Positions 23,861-37,060 of a DNA stretch of 64,000 nucleotides are shown in pieces. Within the stretch, counting starts at the first letter, position 1; each line of letters starts with the position of its first letter. This DNA comes from Vitrella brassicaformis CCMP3155 (lineage: Eukaryota > Protista > Chromerida): NCBI GenBank assembly GCA_001179505.1, contig CDMY01000624.1, forward strand, positions 1 to 64,000. Direction: 5' to 3'. Under the pieces are notes generated by a model. It saw nothing but the letters and a program-made list of their open reading frames with translations. It was not told the DNA's origin and did not search any database. The position numbers and the translations under genes are program-made.

Positions 23861-25996
23861 CCAACACCAGCAGCAAGGAGGAGCAGCAGCTGTGGTCGAT
23901 CTCTGTTGCGGTGTTGCGCGCTTAGCTTCGAGACTCTCATGCACCGAACAGACCGACCGATCGTTTGGCGAGGATGCCACTCTGCAGATCTTGTTGAGTG
24001 GTACAGATGAGTGAGCGTCTTCCCCCGCCCCCCGTCAGACATCCACACACACACACACACACGCACACGCACACGCAAACACGCATCGATCATGCAGATG
24101 GATGAATCCATTGCAATGCAGGAAGGGAAGGCACAGAAGGCACATGATCAGATCATCTCACGTGCAGGCAGCTTGTACCAACAGCTGCGTGACATGCACG
24201 AGTTGTGACGTATGTGTTTGTTGTCTTGTCTTGTCTTACTTGCCCCAGCCACCTATCTATCCGTCCATCGAATGAATCGAGACGACCGACACGCCCATGC
24301 ATCCCACGGACGAAATACCCACTCACCCACAGGCCCATCGAAGGAAGAGACAGACGACGCAACGCAACGTGTTAAAACACTTCTGTTGCTTGCCAAGCAT
24401 GTGCGTGTGTCAACTCATTTGTGTCCGTGTGTCCGAGAAAGTGAGTGCACTCGCTGTTTGTGCCGCTGATCAGGTGAGGTGACGACACAGTGGCTGGCAG
24501 TGTAGTGTAGTGATAGTGAGTGTGTGGTCTGTAGGAAAGATCGAAGGGAAAAACTCCTGGTCAGAAGTACGCACGCAGAGCCATTTAGCCGGCCGGCACC
24601 TAGGGGAAAATGAGATTCGATTCAGCCACGCACCACTTACACACACACACAGATAGATACACACACACACAGATACACACACACACACGCACACAGATAC
24701 ACACACGCAGAGAGACATTCACGAAACCCAAATAAACGAACGCCAAACGACCGAAACGACCGAAACGAACGCAAAGGAACCAAACACGGGCACGCCCTCT
24801 CGTCGCTGCTTTGCACTCTTGTGGTGCAGCCAACAATCATCTCGTCCAGACAGGTGGACAAAGGGCGGGAGGGCCGTATGACACACGGCAGTCGTCATCA
24901 TCATCCCGCGACACGAACGAAAGTCGCGTGGCCATTGATTGATTGCCACATTCAGTGCACGTGTGCGTGTGGGAAAAAGACAAACACGCGTCCTTCGTGC
25001 GTGTGTGTGGGGAAATACGAATAGGCATGGATGGCATGTAGGTATGGAAAAAGACAAGACAACAGGGGTACACACGCAGGCAGGCACACAATGAATGAGG
25101 AAAAAGGCAGAAGGCACACGCATCTTTCTCTTTGACAGACAGGCAGGGAATGTCGTTGATGCCTGCAGTGTAATACATGTGATGGGGGTGTGCTGGTGAG
25201 GTGAGTGGTGTGAGTTGCATATCGAACGACCGTCACCGCACTTACGAGCCATCCATCCATCCATCCATCCTAGGTAAGTAATAGCATACATATCACGTAT
25301 GCCAAAATCGCCATCCATCCATCCAGCCGCGACACATCCAGCCACTCGTCCATCCATCCATCCCTCCGATCCATCCTTCATGGAAAAATTGGTTGATTCA
25401 AAACTCTTCCTCAACTGCCCCTATCGGTATATATATCAATCAGGGTATATGTATATGTGTGTCTGTGTGTGTGTGTGTGAGCCCATCGATCCATATCGAC
25501 GACAGACGAACGACGCGACACCTCTCTCTCTCTCTGTCTCTATATCTCTCTCGCGGCCACCCATCCATCCATCCATCCATCCGCTGCCGCAGACCCAGAC
25601 ACACACTGACACATCCACACGCCATGCCATTGTCAGCTGCACACACACATGCACACATCCACACACGTACACACGTTCATGGACACGGTAGGTCCCAAAA
25701 ACAGCACAGCACTTGCACCGCACTGCGTCTCTCCTGTCTGTCTGTGTGTGTGCCGGCAGCTCGTTAGAAAATGCCCCAACTGAGGAAGCAAGTGGGAATG
25801 GCCGCAAAACAAGAAGGTGAATCAGAGAGAGAACAGGGACAGTCGCACACACAAGCCACACGGACACAGACATGGCATGCAATCCATCAAAAGGCGTAGT
25901 GAAGAGAACAAAAAACCACACCACCGGCCACACGCACACACAGCTGCAGCTATCTCTCGCCCTCTCTGGTGTATTGTATAGGTGTCAGTGTGTCAG

Positions 25997-27857
25997 TCAG
26001 TAGGCGAAGAGGCTGCGTGAGACGAAGTGGGCGACTTGTTTGACGGCAGTGGGTGTGTTGACGTAGAAGTGGCCGCCGTCGAACTCCTGGAAGTCAAACT
26101 CGCCCGTCGTGATCTCGGACCAACCCACCATCTCCTGCTGAGTCGTCACCCTGATCATGACACGCACACACACACACACAGAGAGGGAGAGAGAGAGAGA
26201 CACATGTGTGGTGGTGGTGGTGGTGGATGGGGAGGGAGGGAGGGAGGGAGGGAGGGGGAGAGAGCTCACTTGTCGTCTTTGCCTCTGCAGGCAGTGATGG
26301 CTACGGGCAGCAGGTGGTCGCTGTGGGCCCACTCGTAGTGCTCGTGCAGCAGAATGTCCCCACGCAACGCGGGCAACTGATCGACCGACAGACGGATGAC
26401 ACACACATTGTCACAAACACGTTTCCTTCGGTGGCTGGCTGGCTGGATGGATGGTCTCATACCATGGTCTCGAGCAGCTCCGGGTGCTCCTGCGCCTCGT
26501 CCGGGATGAGGTCGTGGGCGGAGTGTTGGAGAAGGTTGAGGAAGGCCTCGCTGCTCAGCTCCTCAGCGCTTTTGCCCTCCTGGTCAACCTGGCTGCCGAA
26601 GCCAGCCTGGCTCGACGCCCCTCGCGGACACGCATTCCCTGCACACACACACACACACGCACCAGGTGTCTGGTGCTGGTGTGGGTGGGGGAGGGGGGGG
26701 CACTCTCTCTCTCTCTCTCTCTCTCTCGTGTGACGTACGCACCTGAGACGAATATGTGTGTTGGGAGTTTCATGCCCTGTTTGTCGAGTTTGATGGCCAC
26801 CTCGTAGAGCACGATGGCGCCCACACTGTCGCCGAAGAAGGCGTAGGGCACGGGGGAAGTCACCACCCCCTGCAGGGCCGACACGATCTGGCTCGACATG
26901 GTGTCCACACAGGTGATGGCCTCCTCGTTGACCCTACCACACACACCACACACACCAACACACACACACACAAATGCACGAAGATCCATCCATCTGTGTG
27001 TGTGGGTGTGTTCTGCGGACCGTTCGAGTCGCCCCGGAGTGAGAATGGCGATCATTTCGACGTCCTCCCTGAGCTCCTTGCCCAGCTGGTAGAAGTGCGC
27101 CGGGCCGCCCCCGGCCGGCGGGAAGCACACGAGCCGCTTGGCGGGGTTGGGCTTGGCGGGCCCGAAGCGCACCAGCCAGGGGGAGTCCTCGATGGTGTTG
27201 CTGGTGCGGGGGGAGTCGGACGTGTCGGACGCGTTGTCGTCTGTGTGGTCGTTGCCCTGGCCGTCCTCTCGGTTGCCGATCGACATCCGGCTGCACTCAC
27301 ACACACAGAGGGAGAGAGAGACGGCAGCCATCCACTCAAACCGCGTGTCTCTTTGGGGNNNNNNNNNNNNNNNNNNNNNNNNNNNNNNNNNNNNNNNNNN
27401 NNNNNNNNNNNNNNNNNNNNNNNNNNNNNNNNNNNNNNNNNNNNNNNNNNNNNNNNNNNNNNNNNNNNNNNNNNNNNNNNNNNNNNNNNNNNNNNNNNNN
27501 NNNNNNNNNNNNNNNNNNNNNNNNNNNNNNNNNNNNNNNNNNNNNNNNNNNNNNNNNNNNNNNNNNNNNNNNNNNNNNNNNNNNNNNNNNNNNNNNNNNN
27601 NNNNNNNNNNNNNNNNNNNNNNNNNNNNNNNNNNNNNNNNNNNNNNNNNNNNNNNNNNGGGGGGGAAGGTACCTGATGGATCGTGTGATGGACGTGATGC
27701 TCTCGAGTTCGGCGCGGTCGAGTCCGAATCTGTCGTTGAACTTCTCGACCAGCTGGGCGATGGTGGGGGCGTCGAAAAAGTCGCGCAGCGGGATGCTGAA
27801 TGAAACACAACACAACAGCAGGTAGGCCGCGTATCCCGTGTGATTGTTGTTACTGCC

Positions 27858-27890
<33 letters not shown>

Positions 27891-30800
27891 TGTGTGGTGT
27901 TGGTGGGGGGGGAGGCTGTGCGCACCGGAAGCCGAATTCCTTTTCGATTCTCGAGATGACCTGCAGAGCCAGCAGTGAGTGGCCGCCCATCTGGAAGAAG
28001 TTGCACGTGATGCCGCAACTGACCACCCAACACACACACACACGGAGAGAGGGAGAGAGATGAAGAGATGCAGCAGCAGCCAGCCAGCTGTGTGTGTGTG
28101 AGCGTTAGGATCGTTCCCTCACCGCTTGAGCCCCATGACGGTCGAGAATATGTCGCAAAGAGCCGACTCGCGCGCATTGCGGGGCGCCATGATCTCCTCC
28201 TCCTCGATCTCAACCTATGCGCAGGCCCCCACACCCATCCATCCATCCATCCACATGCAGATGGTCGAGCTGTTTTGATGGTCTGACCTCAGGTGCGGGC
28301 AGTTTCTTGCGGTCGATCTTGCCGTTGGGCAGCAGGGGCAGCTCCTTCAGCTGCACAAACACTGGCGGCACCTAAGAGAGGGCAGGGGAGGGCGGGGGCG
28401 GCCACACCAAAGACAGCAGAAACGAAGAGAGAGAGAGAGAGTCCGCCCGTTCCTTGGGGATAGCTTCCGCCCGCAAGAAATGAGGGATGTGACAGTCGTG
28501 AACCGTGCTGTGACGCTTTCTCTCTCTCTCCCCCTCTCTGTGCTCATGTCCCCCCCCCTCTCTCTCTCTCTCTCGCTCTCTGTGTGTGTGTGTGTGTGAG
28601 CAGATGGTTGAGTGTGTGTGTGTGTGAGTACCATGTAGTCGGGCAGCCAGGATGAGCAGTGCTCCTTGAGCATCTGGACGTCCACCTTGACCTCAGGCTG
28701 GTTCTTGTAGCACTCCCAGCCCTTGAGCGACTCGCGCGGCAGAAAGGCGTTGACCACACGGTGGTCCACAGTGGACCTGACACACAGCACACACGCCCTC
28801 TTGTCCCCATCTCTCTCTCTGTCTCTCCCCTTCTCTCTCTGTCTGTCGTTGGCTGCCGCACTTGTAGATGATGCAGTCAAAGGTGCTGGCGTCCTTGGAC
28901 GCGCTCCACCCCACGAAGCACCGGTACCCCGCACAGGCCTCCAGCACGTGTGTGCGGAGCTCCTCCGGGTGGACGGCGGTGCCGTCGTCGCCCTCGAAGA
29001 GCAGCCCGTCCTTCAGAGGACAGTCGCCCGCACACATATCGGGGTTGGACGACACCCATTGGATGAGGTTGGTCTGAACGATAAGGCAGAGGAGTGCGAC
29101 AATGGTGCGTCTCCACACGGATTGTGGTGAGGGTTAGGTGGGTTACCTCGTTGATGAGCCGGCCGTTGGGAATGTCGGTGACACGGATGACGTCCACCCC
29201 CTCGGCTGCCTTTCCGTCGATGAAGCCACACACGGCCTGCACACACACACCACACACACACACACGGAGGGAGGGAGGGAGGGACAGACAGACACATAGG
29301 ACACTTTTCAGACCGATGTGTGTGCCCGTGACACGCACCTGCAGCGGGGTGCTGCTGGTGTCTTGCTTGGTTTGTGTCAGGTGTGTGTAGGGCGTGTTGA
29401 CGGTGTTCTGCGGGAGGGTGAAGGGGCCGGGCTGGTCGCCAATGTGAAAGATGACGTCATATCTAGCACACACACACACACACACACGCACAGCCACACA
29501 GAGACACACCGGTAACGAGACGAGAAGACCACAACACCGGTGTGGTGCACCTTCCCGTCTGACCACCACACGCACCTGTATCGGGTGAACTCCGAGTGGT
29601 AGAACCCCCGCTTCAGCCGCACCTCTACGTGGGCCACGCCGGGCAACTCGCCGTTCTGACACACACACACACACACCACACGACACACATACACACACAC
29701 ACAACCAAACACGCACACGCACTCACAGATCTGCACACAAGTCCCCCTCTCTGTATGTGTGTGTGTTGTGTGCAGGGGGTCAGACGCACCTGCCACATGG
29801 TGGTGAAGAGGAAGGGGTCATAGAGGCTCTCCTTCTCCGTGTCGATGGCCTTGTCGATCAGGGCCTTCACCTCACGCACCGGTGTGTGAGGGTTGGCCTG
29901 ATCCATGGGAAGGGCGATGCGTTCCAGCACGTGTGTTGTGTGCGGCGTTGGCTGCCTGTTTGTGTGGTTGATTGTCCACCCACCTGGTGCATTCTGACGG
30001 CGTGGTGGAACTCGCGGAGGTGCAGGGACGAGCGGACATCCCCCAGCACCACCTTGCCGCCTATAACCGCACACACACACACAGACATTTACACACAGAC
30101 CTCTCCCTGTCTCTCTGTGGCAGCTGTGTTTCATGCATGCCTTTGCGCACAAAGCAGACAGACCTTTCTTGACGACGTTGCAGGCGCGGAGCACCACGTC
30201 CAGCAGATAGCGCACACCTGCCCACACAGCCACACACAGCCAGGCATGGTGGACGGATGTCTGTGCACACGCTAAAGGTATGGTCAGCTGTTTCAGGCTT
30301 ACTTGGGAAGTACATTGAGACGCCGTTGACGAGCACCAGGTCGTAGCTGTCGTGCGCCAGGTTGGTGAAGTCGGCCGCCTCGCGGAGAGAGGTCTCTAGA
30401 GAGATGTGCCGGTACTGCGGCAACGTCGAGCGCACCTGACATCCATTCAGAAACACACATCCATCCATCCATCCATCCATGTGTGTGTGTGTGTGTGTGT
30501 GCACAGGCGCACACCTCTTGCAGGTAGCCGAGTGCCTCGTTGGAGATGTCGCAGCCGTGGTAGTGCTGCACACTCGGGGCAATGCGGAACAGCAGCATGC
30601 CTGTCGAACCACACACACACACAGCAGAGACAGAGGGGAGAGAGAGAGAGAGAGAGTGGGCAAAGGTGTGTGTGGCCTCCCCGGCATGAAATCAGCCCAC
30701 GGAAAAGTTGTGCAGTAAGTATGCACCCCCCTCCATCCCTCCCTCCCTGCCCCTCCCCTCCCTCCCATTGCCTTGAGAAGACAATACACGGACGGGCTCA

Positions 30801-33800
30801 GTCGCTCCTTCGGGCGTCATCAGCTCAGGTCAGATGTCAGCTGCTGGCCGCCACCATTGCCGCACGCACACACACCGACATGCACCCCGGCTGGGCTGGT
30901 TGCCGAATGGCGGATCGATTCGCGGGCTGGCCGACACTGGTCAGTCAACGTTACGCCCCCACGCACAGGCAGGCACACGGATTCACGTGACGCATCGCAT
31001 CCATCGCATGTACTGTAACGAGACGCCCGCACACACACATGACATGGCATGGACAGCACGGTAAAACGTAACGGCCCAGACGTGGGTAGTGCGACGTTGC
31101 CCAGCACAGCAGCAAAGGATAGGGCATGTGTGGGTGCTCTCTCTCTCTCTCTGTCTGTCTTTGTATGCACGCTTGTGTGTGTGTTGGTGGTGATGGTGGT
31201 GTTGGGGTGAGTGTACCGTTGCCGCATCCCATCTCGAGCACGCGTCTCGGCTGCAGATCCATGACAATCTTGACGGTCTCCTCGACCCTGCGACCACACA
31301 CACACACACACACACTCATGTGTCTGCCGGTCTGTCCACGGGCACACACGCATGCAGACAGACCACTCCTTGACGACGTCGACTTGGTGCGGCATCAGGG
31401 TGTAGGAGTCGTCATAGCCACTGAAGTTGAGAGTGGGGTCGTCAACCTGTCCATCCATCCAGCCAGCCAGCCATCCATCCATCGGATACACACTCGTGTG
31501 TGGGCATGGGGCATGGTGAAGTGGTGTGAGCGGCCCACCACGCCGGTCTTCCTGCTGTAAGCGGCATCGTAGACGTCAGCCCAATCCTGCACCTTCGAGT
31601 GCGACCGGTCCTCCGCCTCCTTGGCCTCACTCTCACGCGCCTGTTGGTTGGCACAGATGCGATGAGCACGTGAGTGACACGCACTCTGCGTGTTGGTTAA
31701 TTGGTGGGGGGGTACCTCGTTCTCGAGTTCCCACGGCTTGGTGACGATGTAGGAGACGAGCTGCTTGCTGCCGTCTGGGGTCTCGTGGCCCACCACACAC
31801 ACGTCGGCCACTGAGGGGTGGTGCGACAGGACGTCCTCGATCTCGCCGCACTCGATGCGGAAACTGCACACACACAAAGAGAGAGAGAGAGAGAGAGGGA
31901 GGGAGAGAGAGGAGAGAGAGACAAGTGCATGGAAGATGCGTGTGTGGGTGTGGGAGTACCCTCTGATTTTGACTTGGTTGTCGATGCGCCCCAGGCACTC
32001 GAGCTGCTTGTCGGGCAGCAAACGCGCCAGGTCCCCTGTCTGCACGTCACACACACACACACACACACGCACACAGAGAGAGAGAGGCGGGCATCCATCC
32101 ATCCATCCAACCATCGCATGTGTGTATGGTGGTGTGTGTGTGTGTGCGGCACCGACCTTGTACATGAGCGTGTTGGGGACGAACGGGTTGGCAACGAACT
32201 TCTCGGCCTGCAACGCACACACACATACAGAGAGTGAGAGGTGGTTCTCGAGCCCAGCCCACATACAGAGTGAACTCTTCACCGGCCGGCCTCAAGACCT
32301 ACCGTGATCTCAGGTCGATTCAAGTACCCCCGGGCCAGCGACACGCCAGCGATGTGCAGCTCGCCGACCTCGCCGTCCTTGACGAGCTCGCCCTTTTCGT
32401 TGAGAATGTAGTGGACGTAGTTGGGCAGCGCGTACCCGATGGGGACCTTCTCCATTCCAGCGGTGATCTCGGCCGTCGTGCACCATATCTGCCACCCCAC
32501 CACACACACAGGCGCGTTGCGTCGTGTGGCCGTCGCTCACTGACTGACTCACCGTGGCTTCGGTGGGCCCGTAGAGGTTCATGACGCGGTCGCCCAGCTC
32601 GCAGAGGCGGTTGGCCAGGTGCTTGTTGAGGGGCTCGCCACCGCTGCCGATAGTCAGCCCGCGGCAGCCCTCCCAATCCGAATCGATCAACGCCTACACA
32701 CACCCAACCAAACCAACCACACAATCACTGGCACACACACACCAGTGCTGGTGTGTGGTGACGGCCGGCCGGCCGACCTTCCAGAGTGACGGTGTGGCCT
32801 GCATAAAGGCCGGTTTGGCAGTGCGGAAGACGTCCATGAGGAGGGAGGTGTCGCGCATCTCGTCGCGTGAGGCGATGCGCAGGTGTGCGCCGAAAATGAG
32901 TGGCAGGAACCAGTCCAGGTTGGAGATGTCGAAGCACATGGTCGTCACGCCCAGCAGCGTGCCCTCCTCGGGAAGTTGCAGCGCCTGACGAACGAACGCA
33001 CCCCACCCACACAGGGCAGGCAGGAAATGTCCGGTGGTGTGGTGTGTCTGTGGATGGTATGGGGTGGGTGGTATGCTCACCTCCTGGAATCCATAGAGGA
33101 AGTTGACCAAACTCTCATGCAGAATCTGCACGCCCTTGGGTTTGCCCGTGCTGCCGCTCGTATACAGCACATACACCAGGTCGCCGGCCTCGCTGTCGCG
33201 CCACCCACCAGGCACAGGCACACCCTGTGCGGACGTGGTGGCCACATCGGGAAGCGGCTGGTCGACGTAGACGATCTTGTGCGCCCCTCCCTCCTTGAGC
33301 TCGGGTGAGACATCGCCCTCGGCCACCAGCACCGACGCGTTGGCATCCTCCAGGATGAAGGCAATGCGCTCGGGCGGGAAGTCGGGGTCGAGCGGAACGA
33401 ACCCGCCGCCCGCCTTGAGCACGCCCAGCAGCGAGACGATCAGGCGGGCCGACCGCCGCACCGACACCCCCACCAGTGTCTCGCGCGTGATGCCCTCTGC
33501 ACGCAGCACCGCCGCCAACGCATCGGCCTACACACAAGACACACAAGACAAACACCCGCAGCACACACGCCCCGGCGCCCCGGATTGAGAGGTCTCGTGT
33601 TGCTGGCAGTGGTGGGTGGGGTGGGGAGCACGCACCTGTTGGTTGAGTTGGGCGTAGGTGAGAGTGGTGCCGAAGGCGTCGGTGACAGCAGGGCGGTTGG
33701 GGTGCTTCTTGACGCGCTCCTCGAAGAGCTTGTGGGTGGTGCTGCGTGGGAAGGCGAGCTCCGAGGCGGGGATCTGCTCGTGTGCCTGGCGGCTGAGGTG

Positions 33801-33812
33801 GGAGCTCACCAT
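25997..33812 (-). CDS. Stand-alone NRPS: adenylation domain interrupted by an N-methyltransferase, then carrier (T) domain and thioesterase; about 30 exons
   Basis: A1 LTYAQLN, A2 LKAGGGFVPLDP, A3 YTSGSTGKPKG, A4 FDIS, A5 NLYGPTE, A6 GELHIAGVSLARGYLNRP, A7 YKTGDL, A8 GRIDNQVKIRGFRIECGEIE. MT: VLEMGCGNG, YHGCDIS, LVNGVSMYFP, LGDVRS. A9 LPDYMVP, A10 PNGKIDR. T: FFQMGGHSL. TE: FPPAGG, GDSVG, DGGHFY. Confidence 0.95.
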
Positions 33813-34120
33813 TGCGAAGCAAGTCGAGGGCAAAAGAGCTGCGTCGTTCTGCCGAGATCTGCACTCAGGCTAAGCTCGCTTAGCTCGCAGGAGGTGCCGA
33901 GCGCAGACATCTCTCAGAGATCTCCCAGCAAACACCAGCCGGGTGAGGCCATCTCCACAGCACACACACTCCCTCAGGTCAGTCACGAAAACACACCAAA
34001 GGAAAGGCCAGACTGACTGACTGACCGGTGCTGTTGTGTTGTGTGTGTAGATTTGTTGCCTCTTCGGAGGTCTCTGACAAACACATTTCGCACTCGCCAT
34101 TCAGCCGTGTTTGATCAGTG

Positions 34121-34542
34121 ATGGCGACGGAGCCGACCTTTACTACAGTCCAGTCGACAGCGCAGGACAACCCTTCGCCTGGCGGGACCTCGGGGCGCTG
34201 TCGAGTCAAAATATCGCGCCAGGCTGCCGCTGGTTTGGTGGCTGTGCTCTCCGTCTTGACGGTGGTGCTGTTCGCGCTCAACTTGGCCTTCAACTTCGAC
34301 AGCTCCAGATCAGCCATCCTCGGCGAGGAGGTCAAATCCGTCGGAAAGGTGAGTTGAGGCAGATGGCGAATGTGACACCAACGGTAGGCTGCCTGTCTGT
34401 CTGTCTGCCTGCCTGCCTGCAGGTGTCTGACAAGTATGACACTCCAATCACGCCAGCTGGCAGCGCGTTCGCCATCTGGAGCGTGATCTATCTTTGGAAT
34501 GCCCTGCTGCTAGTGTTCGCACTGTACGACGCCTTTATGCCG
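34121..34542 (+). CDS. Membrane protein, partial copy (rest in gap); inverted paralog of 47569-48720
   Basis: MATEPTF...LVAVLSVLTVVLFALNLAF / VSDKYDTPITPAGSAFAIWSVIYLWNALLLVF. DNA at about 33965-35060 matches the reverse complement of about 47270-48875. Confidence 0.7.
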
Positions 34543-35230
34543 NNNNNNNNNNNNNNNNNNNNNNNNNNNNNNNNNNNNNNNNNNNNNNNNNNNNNNNNNN
34601 NNNNNNNNNNNNNNNNNNNNNNNNNNNNNNNNNNNNNNNNNNNNNNNNNNNNNNNNNNNNNNNNNNNNNNNNNNNNNNNNNNNNNNNNNNNNNNNNNNNN
34701 NNNNNNNNNNNNNNNNNNNNNNNNNNNNNNNNNNNNNNNNNNNNNNNNNNNNNNNNNNNNNNNNNNNNNNNNNNNNNNNNNNNNNNNNNNNNNNNNNNNN
34801 NNNNNNNNNNNNNNNNNNNNNNNNNNNNNNNNNNNNNNNNNNGGGGACTGTTCTGTTCATGGGCTTTCTCTCTCTCTCGGCGGTGCGGTGCTTGCTATAT
34901 AGGTGTGATGGTGAATAGGTCTGTTTGCAGCGCGCCGGCGTGCTTTTGTCTTCTGCTTTACTTGCTCTCATTTGGACGTCAGCAAAAGGGGGGCGCAGAA
35001 CTTGTGAACGCAATAATATCGTCTGCGTGTGGATAGCATGCCGTTTGACATATAATCACTGGCTTCAAAGCTTATTACGTGCAGGCGTCATGATGTATAT
35101 ATGCACTCACGTCATTCGACTAGAGCTGTCTCTTTCCTCATTCACGCAACACGCACACACACAGATGCACATACACATACGTACACACACACATATATAA
35201 ACACATGGATCATGTCACTCGCTCATTCAT

Positions 35231-37029
35231 TCATTCATTCAAAGTCGCGCCATTTGGGTGTCTTGGGGGTCTTGGGGGTCTTGCCTCCAGCAGTCGGTCC
35301 AACGCCCTCCTCACCCTCCTCGCCCTCCTCACCCTCTTCACCCTCTTCACCCTCTTCACCCTCCTCACCCACCTCCATCTCTCCCTCTCCCTGCGGCTGA
35401 CCCTCAGGCAATGCCTCGTGTGCGTGACCAGCGGCCTCCTCGTTGGCCGCCTCTGCGATGGGGCCCAGCTGCTGCTGGTCATGTGTCTCATCTTCGCTAG
35501 TGGGACGGTGATCTTCGGCGTCCTCGTCCTGGGGGTCCTCGGCCTTGTTGTCGTAACCTGCCGCATCGGCTTCTTCCTCGCCCTCTCCCCCTTCCGGCTG
35601 CTCTTGCTGCACATCGTGCGCTCCATACTCAGGAGATTCCTGAGAGACAGAGGCAGTAATGAAGACGGAGATGGATGGATGTGTACACGGTGGATTTTTG
35701 CTCGCTGACCTCCTGTGTCTCGTCCTGATATGATGCCTCTGCGTCCACAGGCATCTGCGATGGGGCGGCGTGGTCGATGTCCCGCTCCTCCGGCGACTCG
35801 GGGCCATCTTCCTCAGGCTGTTCCTCCTCGGCTCCCTCTGCAGCCTCGGCTTCATCTGCCAATTCAACGCCGACGAACGGCTGCTCACCCTCTTGAACGC
35901 CAGGCTCCTCGGCCTCCCTCTCGTCGCCTTCCCCTGCCTCCTCCGCCTCTTGCTCTTGCTCGACAACCACACCGCCTTCAGCGCCCTCCTGGCTCTGCCT
36001 GAGAAGACTGGACGGGCTGTCCCTGCCCATCCCCAGGCCCCCTCCCTCACGCGAGAGGGGCGTGACGATGGCGTCTTCGGGTAGCCCTGCGGCGGGGTAG
36101 GGTGAGGTGTCGAACGAGGGCAGCGCTGGGAGTTCGCCCTTGTCGGCAAGTTGCCCCTGGTCGGACTCGGGGGCGTTCTTGCTGATGGGGTAGGACTTGC
36201 GCTCCTTCACTGCGAGATGTGAGGGAGGGAAAGTAGAGAGGGACGAGACTCAGACAGATGGTGTGTGTGTGTGTGTGTGTGTGTACCGATCTTTGGTCCG
36301 ATGTGTTGGTCGATGTCAACGTCCCATTTCTTCTCATAGGGGTCGGTGGGATCGAAGAGCTGCTTGGCGCGCTTGTGCTGGAAGTGCTTGGGGTTACGGG
36401 CCTCAAGCGCCTTGCGCTTCTGCACATCCATCCCAGACAAGACACAGACAGGAAGAGACACAGGTGGGATGTTTCTGTCCCGCCTCTGCGAGTTTGTCGT
36501 CACCCATACTGACCTGTGCTGCCTGTGCGAGCAGACGGACGTGCTCGGGCACGCCGACATCCTTGGGCAGCTGGGCGCTCGTGATAAAGCCAAGACCCAG
36601 GAACAGATACCCACAGATAAGGAGTCCCAGCAGCTGAGCAAGTAACAAAGGCAGACACCGAGGTGCGTGTGGGTCTGAGTGTTGGTCGAAGCCGACCTCG
36701 ACACCGAATGCGATGAGCTGTCTGATAGCGCAGGCTTGGAGGAGCCAGGTGGGGTCGACCTCTGTGCACTGGCCGAACATCTGACAGTCAAGGCTGACGA
36801 CACACGACACACGACACACACACACACACACGCACACATACACGCACAACGGCATTCATAAGCCGTGTGGGTGGCTGTTCCACTCATGGCTTGCTGCAGC
36901 GGGCCGAGCGCCTACTATCCAATTTGGAGGATGAGGGCGAACGTGTCGCCCATGAAGGCCCAGGGAGAGATCAGCAGGATCAAGTTCCCAAAGAAATACT
37001 GCACACACGACACACAGAAGGAGAGAGAG

Positions 37030-37060
<31 letters not shown>

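Noticed and set aside
24000-25990. Hidden gene or structured RNA in the 2-kb interval between the NRPS 3' end and the ARMT1 start
   Set aside because: Dominated by CA, ATCC and GA microsatellites and a short CGAAACGAC triplication. The ORFs are low-complexity and no RNA motif was recognised.
25997-33812. Bacterial contamination as the source of the NRPS
   Set aside because: The gene has about 29 spliceosomal introns of the same style as flanking eukaryotic genes.
7408-35036. Long ORFs containing X runs (e.g. 26555-28246, 21561-22655, 7408-8112)
   Set aside because: They are artefacts of translation through 300-N gaps and microsatellite introns.
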